Shown in pieces: positions 1 to 9,230 of a stretch of DNA of 64,000 bases (position 1 is its first letter; each line of letters starts with the position of its first letter). The stretch is taken from NCBI GenBank assembly GCA_036339465.1, contig JAYZAY010000062.1, forward strand, positions 1-64,000, read 5' to 3'. The notes under the pieces were generated by a model that was given only the letters and a program-made list of their open reading frames with translations, ran no database searches and had not been told where the DNA came from. Source of the stretch: Myxococcota bacterium (GTDB lineage: Bacteria; Myxococcota; XYA12-FULL-58-9; JABJBS01). The position numbers and the translations under genes are program-made.

Positions 1-297
1 GACGTGACCTTACCCGACCTTTGGATCGAAGATTGCCTGACAGAATTTGAGTATGCAGCCTTTACCGATGCTGAACGTGCTCTCTTGGTTGAAGTGGCCA
101 GAGTTCAGGGAGTGTTGTTGGACCCGGTTTATACAGGAAGAGCTTTTTTAGGTCTCCAACAACTCAGCGAGGCTAAAGAGAACTCGCTGGCAGGTAAACG
201 CGTGTTATTCTGGCATACTGGTGGCACACCCGCTCTTTTTGCGTATGGCCGGTCATTGGCTTCCTATTCCGATACATATTCGGGACCGGATACCTAA
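1..297 (+). CDS. D-cysteine desulfhydrase / ACC deaminase family PLP enzyme, C-terminal part (5'-truncated by window)
   Basis: GVLLDPVYTGRAF and VLFWHTGGTPALF motifs; frame open from position 1. Confidence 0.85.
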   Translation, partial: DVTLPDLWIEDCLTEFEYAAFTDAERALLVEVARVQGVLLDPVYTGRAFLGLQQLSEAKENSLAGKRVLFWHTGGTPALFAYGRSLASYSDTYSGPDT

Positions 298-394
298 GGC
301 ACATTGGCGTTCTAAGATGAGAAAAAGCCGGCTTTCGGGGAAAACTTAGCCCTTTTTTCGTGCACCGAACTTTTTGCATTCAAGATTTGGGAGA

Positions 395-1009
395 CTAAGC
401 ATCTGCCATGGCTCGGCGATATCCCGGTCGAGCCATCATCTCTTCTACATATGCGTCTAGCCGTTTTGAGTCGAGTTGGAACTTGACTACCTGAGCCCAT
501 TGCAGGGTTTGGCCTACGAGGATGTCAGCGGCGCTGAAGCTCTCTCCGAGCATATAGGCGTTGTCACTTAAGTGTTGGTTGAGTATCTTGATGACTCTTT
601 TGAATTCAAACTGACACTGCTCTTTGACCTGAGGTATTCGCCTTGCTTCGGGGTAGATAAATGTATGTTTCGCGTTGAGCCACAGGGGTTGTTCTAATTC
701 GGACATGACGAAGAATGCCCACTGGTAATATAAGCCACGCTCATAGGTTCCGAGGGGCGGCAGTAGTTTCTTATCGGGATATTTATCTCCTAGGTAGGTG
801 ACAATGGCGGCGGATTCAAAGATGATCTGATTGTTGTCGGCGAGCGCGGGGACTTTTCCCATGGGGTTGATGGCGAGAAACTCTTTGGAGCGACCTTCTC
901 CTTTCGTGACGTTGATGGGATTTATTTCGTACTCGGCCTCCAATTCTTCGAGCATCCAGAAAACTCGGAAGGCCCGTGTTCCTTTGGTTCCATAGAGGGT
1001 CAGACCCAT
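395..1009 (-). CDS. Glutathione S-transferase
   Basis: INPMGKVPAL, IFESAAIVTYL, FSAADI motifs; GGAG upstream of ATG. Confidence 0.95.
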   Translation of the reverse strand: MGLTLYGTKGTRAFRVFWMLEELEAEYEINPINVTKGEGRSKEFLAINPMGKVPALADNNQIIFESAAIVTYLGDKYPDKKLLPPLGTYERGLYYQWAFFVMSELEQPLWLNAKHTFIYPEARRIPQVKEQCQFEFKRVIKILNQHLSDNAYMLGESFSAADILVGQTLQWAQVVKFQLDSKRLDAYVEEMMARPGYRRAMADA

Positions 1010-1246
1010 GATTCAATTCTCCTATGTAGATGGGTGGAATATAGAAGAAATCATCCGTGGCTACCAGGGTTAAACGGGTGTGATTGCCGAGGGTAAAGTG
1101 TGTTTGGAGTCTTTGGGCTTACGTCGTTTCAGTGGAGCCGGTTTCGATGTCTGGCAGGTTGATTGCCCAATTGTCAGTGAAGAGAATCCCGGTCTTTCAA
1201 CAATTATCGGCCCTGAGAATGACATGTTGCTAAAAAATTGGCTTTT

Positions 1247-2392
1247 TTAATAATTTAATCGCTTACCGATGATCTCTTTCATGATTTCTTGGGTTCCGCC
1301 CCCGATAGGAAGAAGGCGGGCATCGCGACTCAGCCGCTCTACCCAAGATTCGCGCATATATCCCATACCACCAAAGATCTGGACGGCCTCGCGGGTGACA
1401 TTGAGAGCCACGTCCGAGCAGAAATTCTTGGCCATGGATACCTCGGCGACGACTTCTTGGCCCTCGGCCATGCGCGTTCCCACTTGATACACCATGGTTT
1501 TTGCGGCGGTAACTTGGGTGGCCATGTCCGCGAGTTTGTGGCGGGTTACTTGAAAACCCATGATTTTCTTACCAAAAGCATTTCGCTCGGTGGCGTAACG
1601 TCGAGCTTCTTCGTAGGCGATTTCGGCGGTTGTGGCACCATAGGTGGCGAGGGCCAATCTCTCTGCTTGGAAGTTATGCATGAGTAGGATGAAGCCGCTA
1701 CCTTCACTGCCTATACGGTTTTCTTCCGGCACAAAGATATCATCAAAAGCCAGTTCTGCGGTGTCACTCGACCACCAGCCGGTCTTTTTGAGGCATCGAG
1801 AGACGGTAAGTCCCTTCATTGGTTTCTCCAGTACCAGAAAGGTTAATCCGCCATGGGGATCATCGCTAGTCCGGACCAAAGTGGTGATAAAATCGGCTCT
1901 AGAGCCCGAAGAGATGTAGAGTTTATTTCCGGAGACCCGGTACCCGCCTTCTACTTTGTGTGCCCGGGTTTGCACGCCGGCGACGTCACTACCCGTATTG
2001 GGTTCGGTAATTGCGAGTGCTGCGATGGCGTCGCCGGCCAAAACAGGTTTGACGAATTTATCAATTTGTCCAGAGGTTCCGGCAGCCAGGATGGGAGGCA
2101 GGGCTATGGCGGCGGTTCCCAATCCCACCACTACCCCGGTGGTTCCGCCGCGCATGAGGCCCTCAGTCACCATCACTTGGTGCATGGGATTGGTGCCCGT
2201 GCCACCCACGTGTTCGGAAAACCCCGCCCTTAGGATGCCCGCGTTGCCCGCTTTTTTGTAAAGCTCGATGGGGAAAATACCTTCCTCTTCGTATTCCATG
2301 GCGTTGGGCCAGATTTCCGTTCGCGCAAACTTGGTGGCGGTGTCACGTAGTAGCTCATATTCTTCGCTGATAAAATTGCTGAAAAAGCTCAT
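1247..2392 (-). CDS. Acyl-CoA dehydrogenase
   Basis: AITEPNTGSDV, GNKLYISSG, VQIFGGMGY, IGGGTQEIMKEII; start taken at ATG 2392 (MSFFSNF). Confidence 0.95.
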   Translation of the reverse strand: MSFFSNFISEEYELLRDTATKFARTEIWPNAMEYEEEGIFPIELYKKAGNAGILRAGFSEHVGGTGTNPMHQVMVTEGLMRGGTTGVVVGLGTAAIALPPILAAGTSGQIDKFVKPVLAGDAIAALAITEPNTGSDVAGVQTRAHKVEGGYRVSGNKLYISSGSRADFITTLVRTSDDPHGGLTFLVLEKPMKGLTVSRCLKKTGWWSSDTAELAFDDIFVPEENRIGSEGSGFILLMHNFQAERLALATYGATTAEIAYEEARRYATERNAFGKKIMGFQVTRHKLADMATQVTAAKTMVYQVGTRMAEGQEVVAEVSMAKNFCSDVALNVTREAVQIFGGMGYMRESWVERLSRDARLLPIGGGTQEIMKEIIGKRLNY

Positions 2393-2481
2393 GGGCAAAG
2401 ATCTTGGAGTAGAACGCAAGGAAGGTCAAATCAGCGTCAGAACAATGTTAGATCGGGTGTTGGGTGGGGTTGACCAAGGAT

Positions 2482-3753
2482 TTAATGGGTTTCCACCAAT
2501 TCTAGAAGCTTTTTTGCCGACAGATCGCCGGGAAATGTGCGGAGATGGTGTCCTATAACCTTGGATGCCTCTCTAAGTTGTTGATTTCGTGTAAGGAAAT
2601 GAGCGAGGTGTAGGCTGGCCATGCGTTCGTTTTTGTCTTTATAGACCACCGCTTGTCGGTAGAGAGCTTCGGCTTCGTTGAGGGCGCCATCTTGCTCTGC
2701 CAACCTGCCGGCCCAGATAAAAAGTTGGGTGTCGTTTTCACCCTTGTTGAGCAGCGTTTCGAGGGCCACGCGGGCCCGCTTTCGCTCCCCCTTTTTCAAG
2801 CGGGCCTTGGCTTCTACGAGTATCATGTGCTTGCTGCGTTTCGCGGGGGGAACTTCTGCCAACCATTTGAGGGCCACGGTTTCGGCTTGGGCGGCTTCGG
2901 CCACCTCCAGCATGAGTTCTTGTTGTTTGCGGGTGAAGGAGTGAAAATTGCCCCGTTTCTGTACCCAAGTTTTGGCTACCTCAAGGGCATGTTCATGGTG
3001 GCCGGCCCCGTGTTGAGCATGGATGTGGGCGTAGAGGAGTTTGCGGTCGTTGGGAGATGCCATGTGGGCTGCTTCTAGAGCCGCCAAATAATGTTGATCG
3101 TGTTTCATTTCTTGTTGGGCAAAGGCCAGCTGTTTCCAGATTTGAGGTTGACCTGTGTCAAAACTAAGTAGGCCCAGTGCTGCGGATGATGCCTCGGGGT
3201 AGCGTCCCTGCTCGATTAATAGAGCGACGTCTAGCTTGCGAAAGGTTTGATGATGGGGAAAGCGCAGAAGGCCGATTTCGGTGAGTTTACTTGCGAGTCT
3301 TCTGTCTGCGGCCTTATAAGCGCTGTGGGTATAAAGCTGCAATTCAGTGAGGCTGGATTCATGGGGTTGGATGAGGCGCGAAAATTGGGTGACTGCGTTT
3401 TTCCAGTCTCCTTGTCTGCCCGCAACATGGGCGAGTGCGATTTTTGCTTCGCGGGAATCGGGGTCTATTTTGAGGGCGGCATGGTAGCTTGCTTTGGCAT
3501 TGTCTAGCTCGTTGAGTTCTGTCTGGGCGTGTCCCATGAGCACAAAGAGAGCACTGTGTTTTTCTCCGGTCCAGCTTTTAAGGGTTTGAAGTGCTGGGTG
3601 AGCCTGACCTTTCTGAAGCTTTTTTTGTGCGGTTTTGAGGACGGTGGCCAGTTCGCTGGATACCGCAGTGGTTTCTGCTTGGGCCTCGAGGAGGCCAAAG
3701 CTTAAAACAACGAGTACTATCAATAGGCCTAGAAATCGCCGTCGACATTCCAT
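2482..3753 (-). CDS. Secreted TPR-repeat protein, last gene of the TonB operon
   Basis: N-terminal signal peptide (AQA), repeated TPR-like helical pairs, overlaps tonB. Confidence 0.8.
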   Translation of the reverse strand: MECRRRFLGLLIVLVVLSFGLLEAQAETTAVSSELATVLKTAQKKLQKGQAHPALQTLKSWTGEKHSALFVLMGHAQTELNELDNAKASYHAALKIDPDSREAKIALAHVAGRQGDWKNAVTQFSRLIQPHESSLTELQLYTHSAYKAADRRLASKLTEIGLLRFPHHQTFRKLDVALLIEQGRYPEASSAALGLLSFDTGQPQIWKQLAFAQQEMKHDQHYLAALEAAHMASPNDRKLLYAHIHAQHGAGHHEHALEVAKTWVQKRGNFHSFTRKQQELMLEVAEAAQAETVALKWLAEVPPAKRSKHMILVEAKARLKKGERKRARVALETLLNKGENDTQLFIWAGRLAEQDGALNEAEALYRQAVVYKDKNERMASLHLAHFLTRNQQLREASKVIGHHLRTFPGDLSAKKLLELVETH

Positions 3754-4409
3754 GCTAACTCCAACTCTGTGACGCCCTTGGCGGCTTTTCCCTTACGGGT
3801 TCCAGGCTCATATTTGAGGGTGGTGGCCAGTCTTTTGGCGGCTTGGTCAAAAACGCCCACGGGCACTGATTCTAGAATTCGGATAGCTTCTACATCACCG
3901 CCTTGGCCGACATTGATGCGAAGTATGGTTTTACCTTTGATGCCCCGGCGCTTGGCCATGCGGGGATAGAACCGAGCCATATTGGGCGCAAAGAGGAGGC
4001 GCGGAGGTGTGTCCCACCGGGGGGCGCTATCCAGGGCGGTTCCTTGATTCCATTTTGGGGATGGTAGGGCCAGAGTCCAACTTTCGCCTTCCAAACTACT
4101 TGATGGCAATGTCAGTGCGGATGATGTGTCTGGCTGATGAGAAAGCTCAAGGGAAGGAAGCTCCAGGGCCATAGGGGGTTCGGGATTCTCTTTGGGAGTT
4201 TGTTCTTCTGGGGTGATTTCGGCAGGGGGAGGGGCGGGGATGACCGAAATGGTGGTGATGGGGATGACCGGTGTTTGGGGAGCTGAGGATACCGATGAAG
4301 CGTAGGCGAGTCCGGCGACGATGAGGAGATTAAATCCCAAGCTCAAGACACTGGCCACCAAGAGCTTTTTGATAGGGAGGTCCTTATTTTTTGGCAAGAG
4401 CGGCGACAT
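3729..4409 (-). CDS. tonB: TonB family energy transducer
   Basis: N-terminal TM, Pro-rich linker, C-terminal YPRMAKRRGIKG...GVFDQAA...YEPG; start uncertain (4409 ATG or 4427). Confidence 0.9.
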   Translation of the reverse strand: MSPLLPKNKDLPIKKLLVASVLSLGFNLLIVAGLAYASSVSSAPQTPVIPITTISVIPAPPPAEITPEEQTPKENPEPPMALELPSLELSHQPDTSSALTLPSSSLEGESWTLALPSPKWNQGTALDSAPRWDTPPRLLFAPNMARFYPRMAKRRGIKGKTILRINVGQGGDVEAIRILESVPVGVFDQAAKRLATTLKYEPGTRKGKAAKGVTELELAWNVDGDF

Positions 4410-4794
4410 CAACCTGCTTAGCTCCACTTTGTTTACAACTGTCTAAAACTTTGAGGAGTCGTCCGGTGGGGACTTCACGGTCGGATTGAATCACGATTCT
4501 TTCGGTACCAAAATCCTTGAGGAGACGGGTGATGGTGCCTGGATCGTTTACGGATATTTCGCGACCAGCGGCGTAGACCTTGCCGGTTTTATCGATGGCC
4601 ACAGCGAGGAAGGTGCCGTCTATTTTTTGCGCAAATGCGCTTTGGGGTCTCGAAATATCTACCCCGGACTCTTTAATAAAAGTCGTGGTGACCACAAAGA
4701 AGACCAGGAGAATAAAGACCATATCGATCAGGGGAGCCATCTCGACCTCGGCTTTATTGCGGTTTCCCTTCGCACCTAGGACTCTTCGGCTCAT
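4384..4794 (-). CDS. exbD: ExbD/TolR biopolymer transport protein
   Basis: MAPLIDMVFILLVFFVVTT, IQSDREVPTG. Confidence 0.95.
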   Translation of the reverse strand: MSRRVLGAKGNRNKAEVEMAPLIDMVFILLVFFVVTTTFIKESGVDISRPQSAFAQKIDGTFLAVAIDKTGKVYAAGREISVNDPGTITRLLKDFGTERIVIQSDREVPTGRLLKVLDSCKQSGAKQVDVAALAKK

Positions 4795-5204
4795 GATGGC
4801 GCCATTCCTAATTTGAGAAGAAATTCGCTTCTTCTGGTGAGTATGCGTTCAGCGAGAAGCCCAGGGGCGGCGATGGTGAGTCCATATTGGGTGGTCTTGA
4901 GGGCTTGGCCGATGCCTGCGCTCATGAGCTCACTTTGAGCGCCCAATTCGATGCCTTGAAAGGTGGCAATAATGCCGCTTACGGTGCCGAGTAGCCCAAG
5001 GAGGGGTGCTGCGGCGACCATGGTCCGGATGACGAGGAGTCCTCGTTGAAGTTCAAAGCTGTTGGGCTGGGAGGTGGGGTGGTTTTCGATAAAGAGGGTG
5101 TAGAACCGCTCTGTGATGCGGAAAAAAAGGATAAAACCCACACCGAATAGCGCCAGCATGGTGCTTCCCCCTGCGTTGAACCATGATTGAGTGGTGGCAA
5201 GCAT
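4791..5204 (-). CDS. exbB: MotA/TolQ/ExbB proton channel (short)
   Basis: APLLGLLGTVSGII, GIGQALKTTQYGL. Confidence 0.92.
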   Translation of the reverse strand: MLATTQSWFNAGGSTMLALFGVGFILFFRITERFYTLFIENHPTSQPNSFELQRGLLVIRTMVAAAPLLGLLGTVSGIIATFQGIELGAQSELMSAGIGQALKTTQYGLTIAAPGLLAERILTRRSEFLLKLGMAPS

Positions 5205-6520
5205 TAGGCTCTATGACTCATTTTGGGGAGGGGGTCGATGCTGAGGATGGCGTTACGGCTTTCCTCCAAGAGTGATTGGCGCCGCTCCACGGCTCGAGTG
5301 GCCCAAGCATGTCCAAGGATCAACGGAACGGCAACAATCAGGCCCAACTGGGTGGTGATGAGAGCGACGGATATTCCTCCGGAAAGGAGTTGGGGGTTTC
5401 CGGTACCGAATTCGGTGATGACGTCGAAAGTCGAAATCATACCGGTCACGGTGCCAAGCAATCCCAAGAGGGGGGCGATTCCCGCTGTGGCACTTAGCAG
5501 ACTTAATGAGCGTTCCAACTTGGGTTCCTCAGAAAGCAGGGCGGCTTCCAGGGCGGCTTCCCTATTCTCGCGACTTTCGTAGAGGGTATCGATGCCGGTG
5601 ATGATGATACGCTCTACATCGGCTTTGCCTTTTCTGGCCAGGCCGCGAGCTTCATCGGCTCGCCCCTGCATGAGTAGACGAATGACTTTGGTGCTCAAAA
5701 GTGGGTCTGCTCGGTTCATAAGGATGAACCACAGGCGCTCTGTGAAGAGCAGGAGCCCTAAGAATCCCACAATGACAATAGGCCACACGAAGGGGCCACC
5801 GGCGAGCACCACCTGCCACAGTGACGCTTCTTCCAGCGGCGGGCGAGTGGTGAGGCTGCCGTCTATATCCACGGGGATGCTGGTCGATTGGCCATTTTGG
5901 AGGGCTTTAAGTGCGGTTCGTGCTGCGGGGCTGAACATGGGGCCTCGGATCAAAAGCATGCCGTCTTCTTTTTGCTCTAGGAGTCCGGCGAGATGACTCT
6001 CGTCGCCAACGGCTACTGCCCGTGCGTTTCCAAAATGGATGACGTTCACAGCTTCGCTTTTACCGCGACGATCCACGATGGTTTGGGTCTCGGTGCGAAG
6101 TGCGAAGCCATTGTTGAGTTCGGCGAGTCGGTCTAAGAGTCCTTGGGTTACCCGTGTTTCGAATTCCTCCCAGGGGAGAAGAAGGTTTTCTGGCCCGAGG
6201 TTTGCGGCCAATCTCATTTGTTCTTGGCGCTGTTGTTGCTTTTGCAGCACCCTCTTGGCCGATTGTTCGGCATCCATTTGGGCGCGCTTGGCGGTTTGGA
6301 CCTTTTCTTCCAAAGTGCGAATTTCGTCTTGGAGCACGCTCAGTTGGAGGTAAGAGGTTTGCAATTTCTGGCCGAGTTTTTTCCGTTCCTCGATGATTTT
6401 CTTACGGGCATGTCTGAGCTGGTTTGCTTCGCTTTGATGGCGTGCTTTGGCGTCGTCTAGAAGTTGGGACTGGGGTAAAATAATTCCTAGGGATAGGAGG
6501 GCGCCGAGGAGAAGGCTCAT
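5204..6520 (-). CDS. Long MotA/TolQ/ExbB protein with N-terminal coiled coil (TtpC-like)
   Basis: Signal peptide, coiled coil, C-terminal APLLGLLGTVTGMI and GISVALITTQLGL. Confidence 0.9.
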   Translation of the reverse strand: MSLLLGALLSLGIILPQSQLLDDAKARHQSEANQLRHARKKIIEERKKLGQKLQTSYLQLSVLQDEIRTLEEKVQTAKRAQMDAEQSAKRVLQKQQQRQEQMRLAANLGPENLLLPWEEFETRVTQGLLDRLAELNNGFALRTETQTIVDRRGKSEAVNVIHFGNARAVAVGDESHLAGLLEQKEDGMLLIRGPMFSPAARTALKALQNGQSTSIPVDIDGSLTTRPPLEEASLWQVVLAGGPFVWPIVIVGFLGLLLFTERLWFILMNRADPLLSTKVIRLLMQGRADEARGLARKGKADVERIIITGIDTLYESRENREAALEAALLSEEPKLERSLSLLSATAGIAPLLGLLGTVTGMISTFDVITEFGTGNPQLLSGGISVALITTQLGLIVAVPLILGHAWATRAVERRQSLLEESRNAILSIDPLPKMSHRA

Positions 6521-7263
6521 GGCTTTTTCTCCTCTTGGGGGGGAACAGGTTGAGCTTGGTTTGGCCAGGGAAGGGTCACCAAGACTGGGGCGAGTCTGCC
6601 TTGGGCGATGTGGATGGCTTTTTCTATGGCGCTTTGGTCTTCGGGGGTTACGTTGTCTCTGAGTTGCAAATGCCCGTTTTCCATGGTGGCTGTTCCCTGC
6701 TCTTTGCCATCAAGACTTTGCCACCATCCGGCGACCCCGCCGAGACGCAATAAATGCACCGAGATCCGTTGGCCATGGAGGTGGCCAGAGGTAAGCTCGA
6801 TCCGAACCTCTTCGGAGCGATTCTCTGCTTCGTGGAGGGCCTGGTAAGCGGAGGCGAATGAACCTTGCAGCTGGTCAAGCTTTTGTGGGGGGGCAAGGGC
6901 GCCGGGGAGTGTCGAGTTTTGGAGGGCAAGAAGGTTTTTCTGAATGGCGGTGGCCAATTTTTTTTCGAGGGTATTGAGGGCCTCAACATCGGTGTCGAGG
7001 GCGATATTGTTTTTGGTGGTGATGGTTTTAAGTTTGCCTTGGAGTGCTTTTTTGAGTTTCTCAAGTTGGCCGAGTTGCTTTTGGTTGGTCTCGATTTGGA
7101 GTTTTAACAGCTCTCGGTCACTTTCCCACTGATTGAGCTCTTGGGCACTTTGGGCGCGTAAGTCATTGGTGGCTCTCAGGGTTTCGAGAATCTGGGTGGG
7201 TTGGTCTGCCCCACTACTTAGGGGGATATGGCCGATGATGATAATGAAAATTACTTGCAACAT
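6517..7263 (-). CDS. DUF3450-like periplasmic coiled-coil protein, first gene of the TonB operon
   Basis: Signal peptide, coiled coil, LLRLGGVAGWWQSLDG and IEKAIHIAQGRLAPVLVTLP; usual position before TtpC-like ExbB. Confidence 0.75.
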   Translation of the reverse strand: MLQVIFIIIIGHIPLSSGADQPTQILETLRATNDLRAQSAQELNQWESDRELLKLQIETNQKQLGQLEKLKKALQGKLKTITTKNNIALDTDVEALNTLEKKLATAIQKNLLALQNSTLPGALAPPQKLDQLQGSFASAYQALHEAENRSEEVRIELTSGHLHGQRISVHLLRLGGVAGWWQSLDGKEQGTATMENGHLQLRDNVTPEDQSAIEKAIHIAQGRLAPVLVTLPWPNQAQPVPPQEEKKP

Positions 7264-7436
7264 TGTCGTCTCTTAGCTCCCTCATACACGTGCCATCCCA
7301 TAGGTCGCAAGCGGAAAGGAGACATATTAATGGGCTGAAAGTGTCTATTTTTTCCTGCTGTGTTTTCTCCTTTTAGAGGCGATCGCGTCCATTAGGAGGT
7401 GCTCACCTCAATGTTATCACGGCACAACATGTGATT

Positions 7437-7455
7437 GCAAATGAGAATCATTATC
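7437..7455. promoter_or_regulatory. Fur box in divergent promoter region
   Basis: GCAAATGAGAATCATTATC matches 16/19 of GATAATGATAATCATTATC; lies between the TonB operon and ORF 7508. Confidence 0.85.
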
Positions 7456-7507
7456 AGTAATATGGTATGGATGATTGTCGTTTTTGCGGTGATGGAGGAG
7501 GGAGCTT

Positions 7508-8005
7508 ATGTCTAGATTACCCTTGCAAAGGGAGCCATGTGAACGTGTGGATGCGGCTTATATCCGCGCTTTGGGGATTGTTTTTTCAGTGGCTTTTAAC
7601 CATCAGGAATTAAAGGTGATGATGAGTCAAGCGCTCCAGGAGGTGGGATGCCTCAATATGTGGCCATCCTCGATCTACCGTTTAACCGCGGGTCAGGTGT
7701 ACCGTACACGTCAGCTCTGGGCGCGTATTTTGCCCGTTTTAGATAGGCGCTTGTCGCCTTGGAAAGAACGCTACGAAGGCCTCCCACCCAGCGAATTATG
7801 CCGCGTTTTTATGGAATCAGGCTATGTTATGAGCCCCTTGGAGCGAGCTTCGATTTTGATGATTTTTGTGGTGAACCGAGAGCCCAGTGTTGCCAAACTC
7901 TGTGATCGACTCTGCGGGGAGATGGAGTTCTCCGCCCTTGTTTACATGGGAGAAAATGAGCGAAATTCCGAGCATTCGGACGCGCACGAAGCGTTTTTGA
8001 ATTAG
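7508..8005 (+). CDS. Hypothetical protein, probably Fur-regulated
   Basis: 165-aa ORF with strong RBS (GGAGGAGGGAG) about 50 nt downstream of the Fur box. Confidence 0.7.
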   Translation: MSRLPLQREPCERVDAAYIRALGIVFSVAFNHQELKVMMSQALQEVGCLNMWPSSIYRLTAGQVYRTRQLWARILPVLDRRLSPWKERYEGLPPSELCRVFMESGYVMSPLERASILMIFVVNREPSVAKLCDRLCGEMEFSALVYMGENERNSEHSDAHEAFLN

Positions 8006-8250
8006 GGTGGCGAAGGGGGCATGCTTCATCTAGGGAGCGGCTTATAGAGGCGTGTAACCCAACCAATGTCATGTGTATTTGTCCTGTTCTTATGGACGGT
8101 TGAACCCATTTGGTCTTATGGACAAAATGTAGGCTCTTGGGGACGGTGATTGGAACTGAAACCGGGAATATTTGAAGAAGCTGTCCGAAGAATACTCAGT
8201 TACTAGCATGGGTAGAACTAGCAGTCATCCGCCACCAAGAGCCTGTCATT

Positions 8251-8385
8251 GTGAGCTTAAGAGCTCATTGTTTTGCCGAAGCGATCCTATGGCAGGGCGG
8301 TGAGGCAAAAACCGCCAAGGAGGCTTTTAGGATGTTGCCGACAGCTGATCGTGAGAACTTGATCCAATTTTTGGAGATTCTATGA
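8251..8385 (+). pseudogene. Remnant: C-terminus of a di-heme oxidoreductase (DUF1111-like)
   Basis: Reads RAHCFAEAILWQGGEAKTAKEAFRMLPTADRENLIQFLEIL*, resembling the family C-terminus (RAR..EAILWHGGEA...F..L...DR..L..FL.SL); no upstream body, in-frame stop at 8173-8175. Confidence 0.8.
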
Positions 8386-8961
8386 GCTTTGTGTCTCGTG
8401 GTTTTTTACTTTATGTGCGGACTGGTTTGTCTTTTTCCCATGATGGGATGTGACTTGGAAGCCACGGGCGCTAATGCCGAAGATGAGTATCGACGTCAAT
8501 GGCTTGAGTCGGTCATTACCACGTCCCTATTTACCTGGTATGACGCACTTATCGATGAAACTCTCGGGATGGAAAACTCGGCCGAACAATTTTGTAGAGC
8601 TCCAACGGCTGAGCGGTTGGAAGACCTCAAATCCAAATGGTGGTCGTCTAGGAGCCCCCGGAAGAAAGTTGAAATTTTCAAGTTTGGTCCGTATTCCAAG
8701 AGGCCGAGATATTTGGGAGCGCATATTGATTCTTGGCCGATTCGATTGAGCTCGGTGACGGAGGAGCTTATGAGCTCTGAACCGCTCAAGATTGAACAAA
8801 TGGGGGTTACTCGAAAGGAATTTCCTACCATTGAGTATTTCCTTTATGGGCCAGAGGCATTGGCGGATTTCAGCGATAGTCCCCGGCGTTGTGAGTATTT
8901 GTTCCTCTTAACCGTGGATCTCGCAAGTTCAGTCAAAGAGCTTTCTGATGCTTGGCGGCCG
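8382..8961 (+). pseudogene. Truncated imelysin-family lipoprotein
   Basis: ATG at 8382 overlaps the previous stop (ATGA); apparent frameshift in signal peptide; lipobox MMGC; FKFGP, IDSWP, KEFPTIEYFLY, RRCEYL, AW; similarity ends at AWRP and the frame runs on through the next promoter. Confidence 0.75.
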
Positions 8962-9050
8962 ATAATGGTATGGCCAAAATCGTGGCGCATAAAATTCCTA
9001 CTTGCATCTTGTGCTATTCGCCCTTCCTGCGCAGAATCAGCTGGCCTACT

Positions 9051-9069
9051 GATATTGAGAATAAGTATC
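9051..9069. promoter_or_regulatory. Fur box
   Basis: GATATTGAGAATAAGTATC, 15/19 match to consensus, with outer inverted repeat ACTGATA...TATCAGT. Confidence 0.75.
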
Positions 9070-9192
9070 AGTGTCAATATTAATCCTTGCTTAAGAAATA
9101 TGGATGGTCATATGGAGATAAACAATGCTTTCTAGAGCACTTGGCGTTGACTTTTACTCCATTTCTACGTAATCCGGTTTTCAGCACGATGG

Positions 9193-9207
9193 TGAGAATG
9201 ATTCTCA
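9193..9207. promoter_or_regulatory. Fur box (7-1-7 palindrome) just upstream of the RBS
   Basis: Perfect TGAGAAT-G-ATTCTCA ending 23 nt before ATG 9231. Confidence 0.8.
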
Positions 9208-9230
9208 TCATTAGATGCAGGGAGATACTC

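Noticed and set aside
8962..9135. C-terminal part of ORF 8389..9135 as real protein
   Set aside because: No imelysin resemblance; translates a promoter region containing a Fur box
9087..9230. N-terminal extension of the DUF4856-like ORF
   Set aside because: Runs through a Fur box; RBS and signal peptide support ATG 9231
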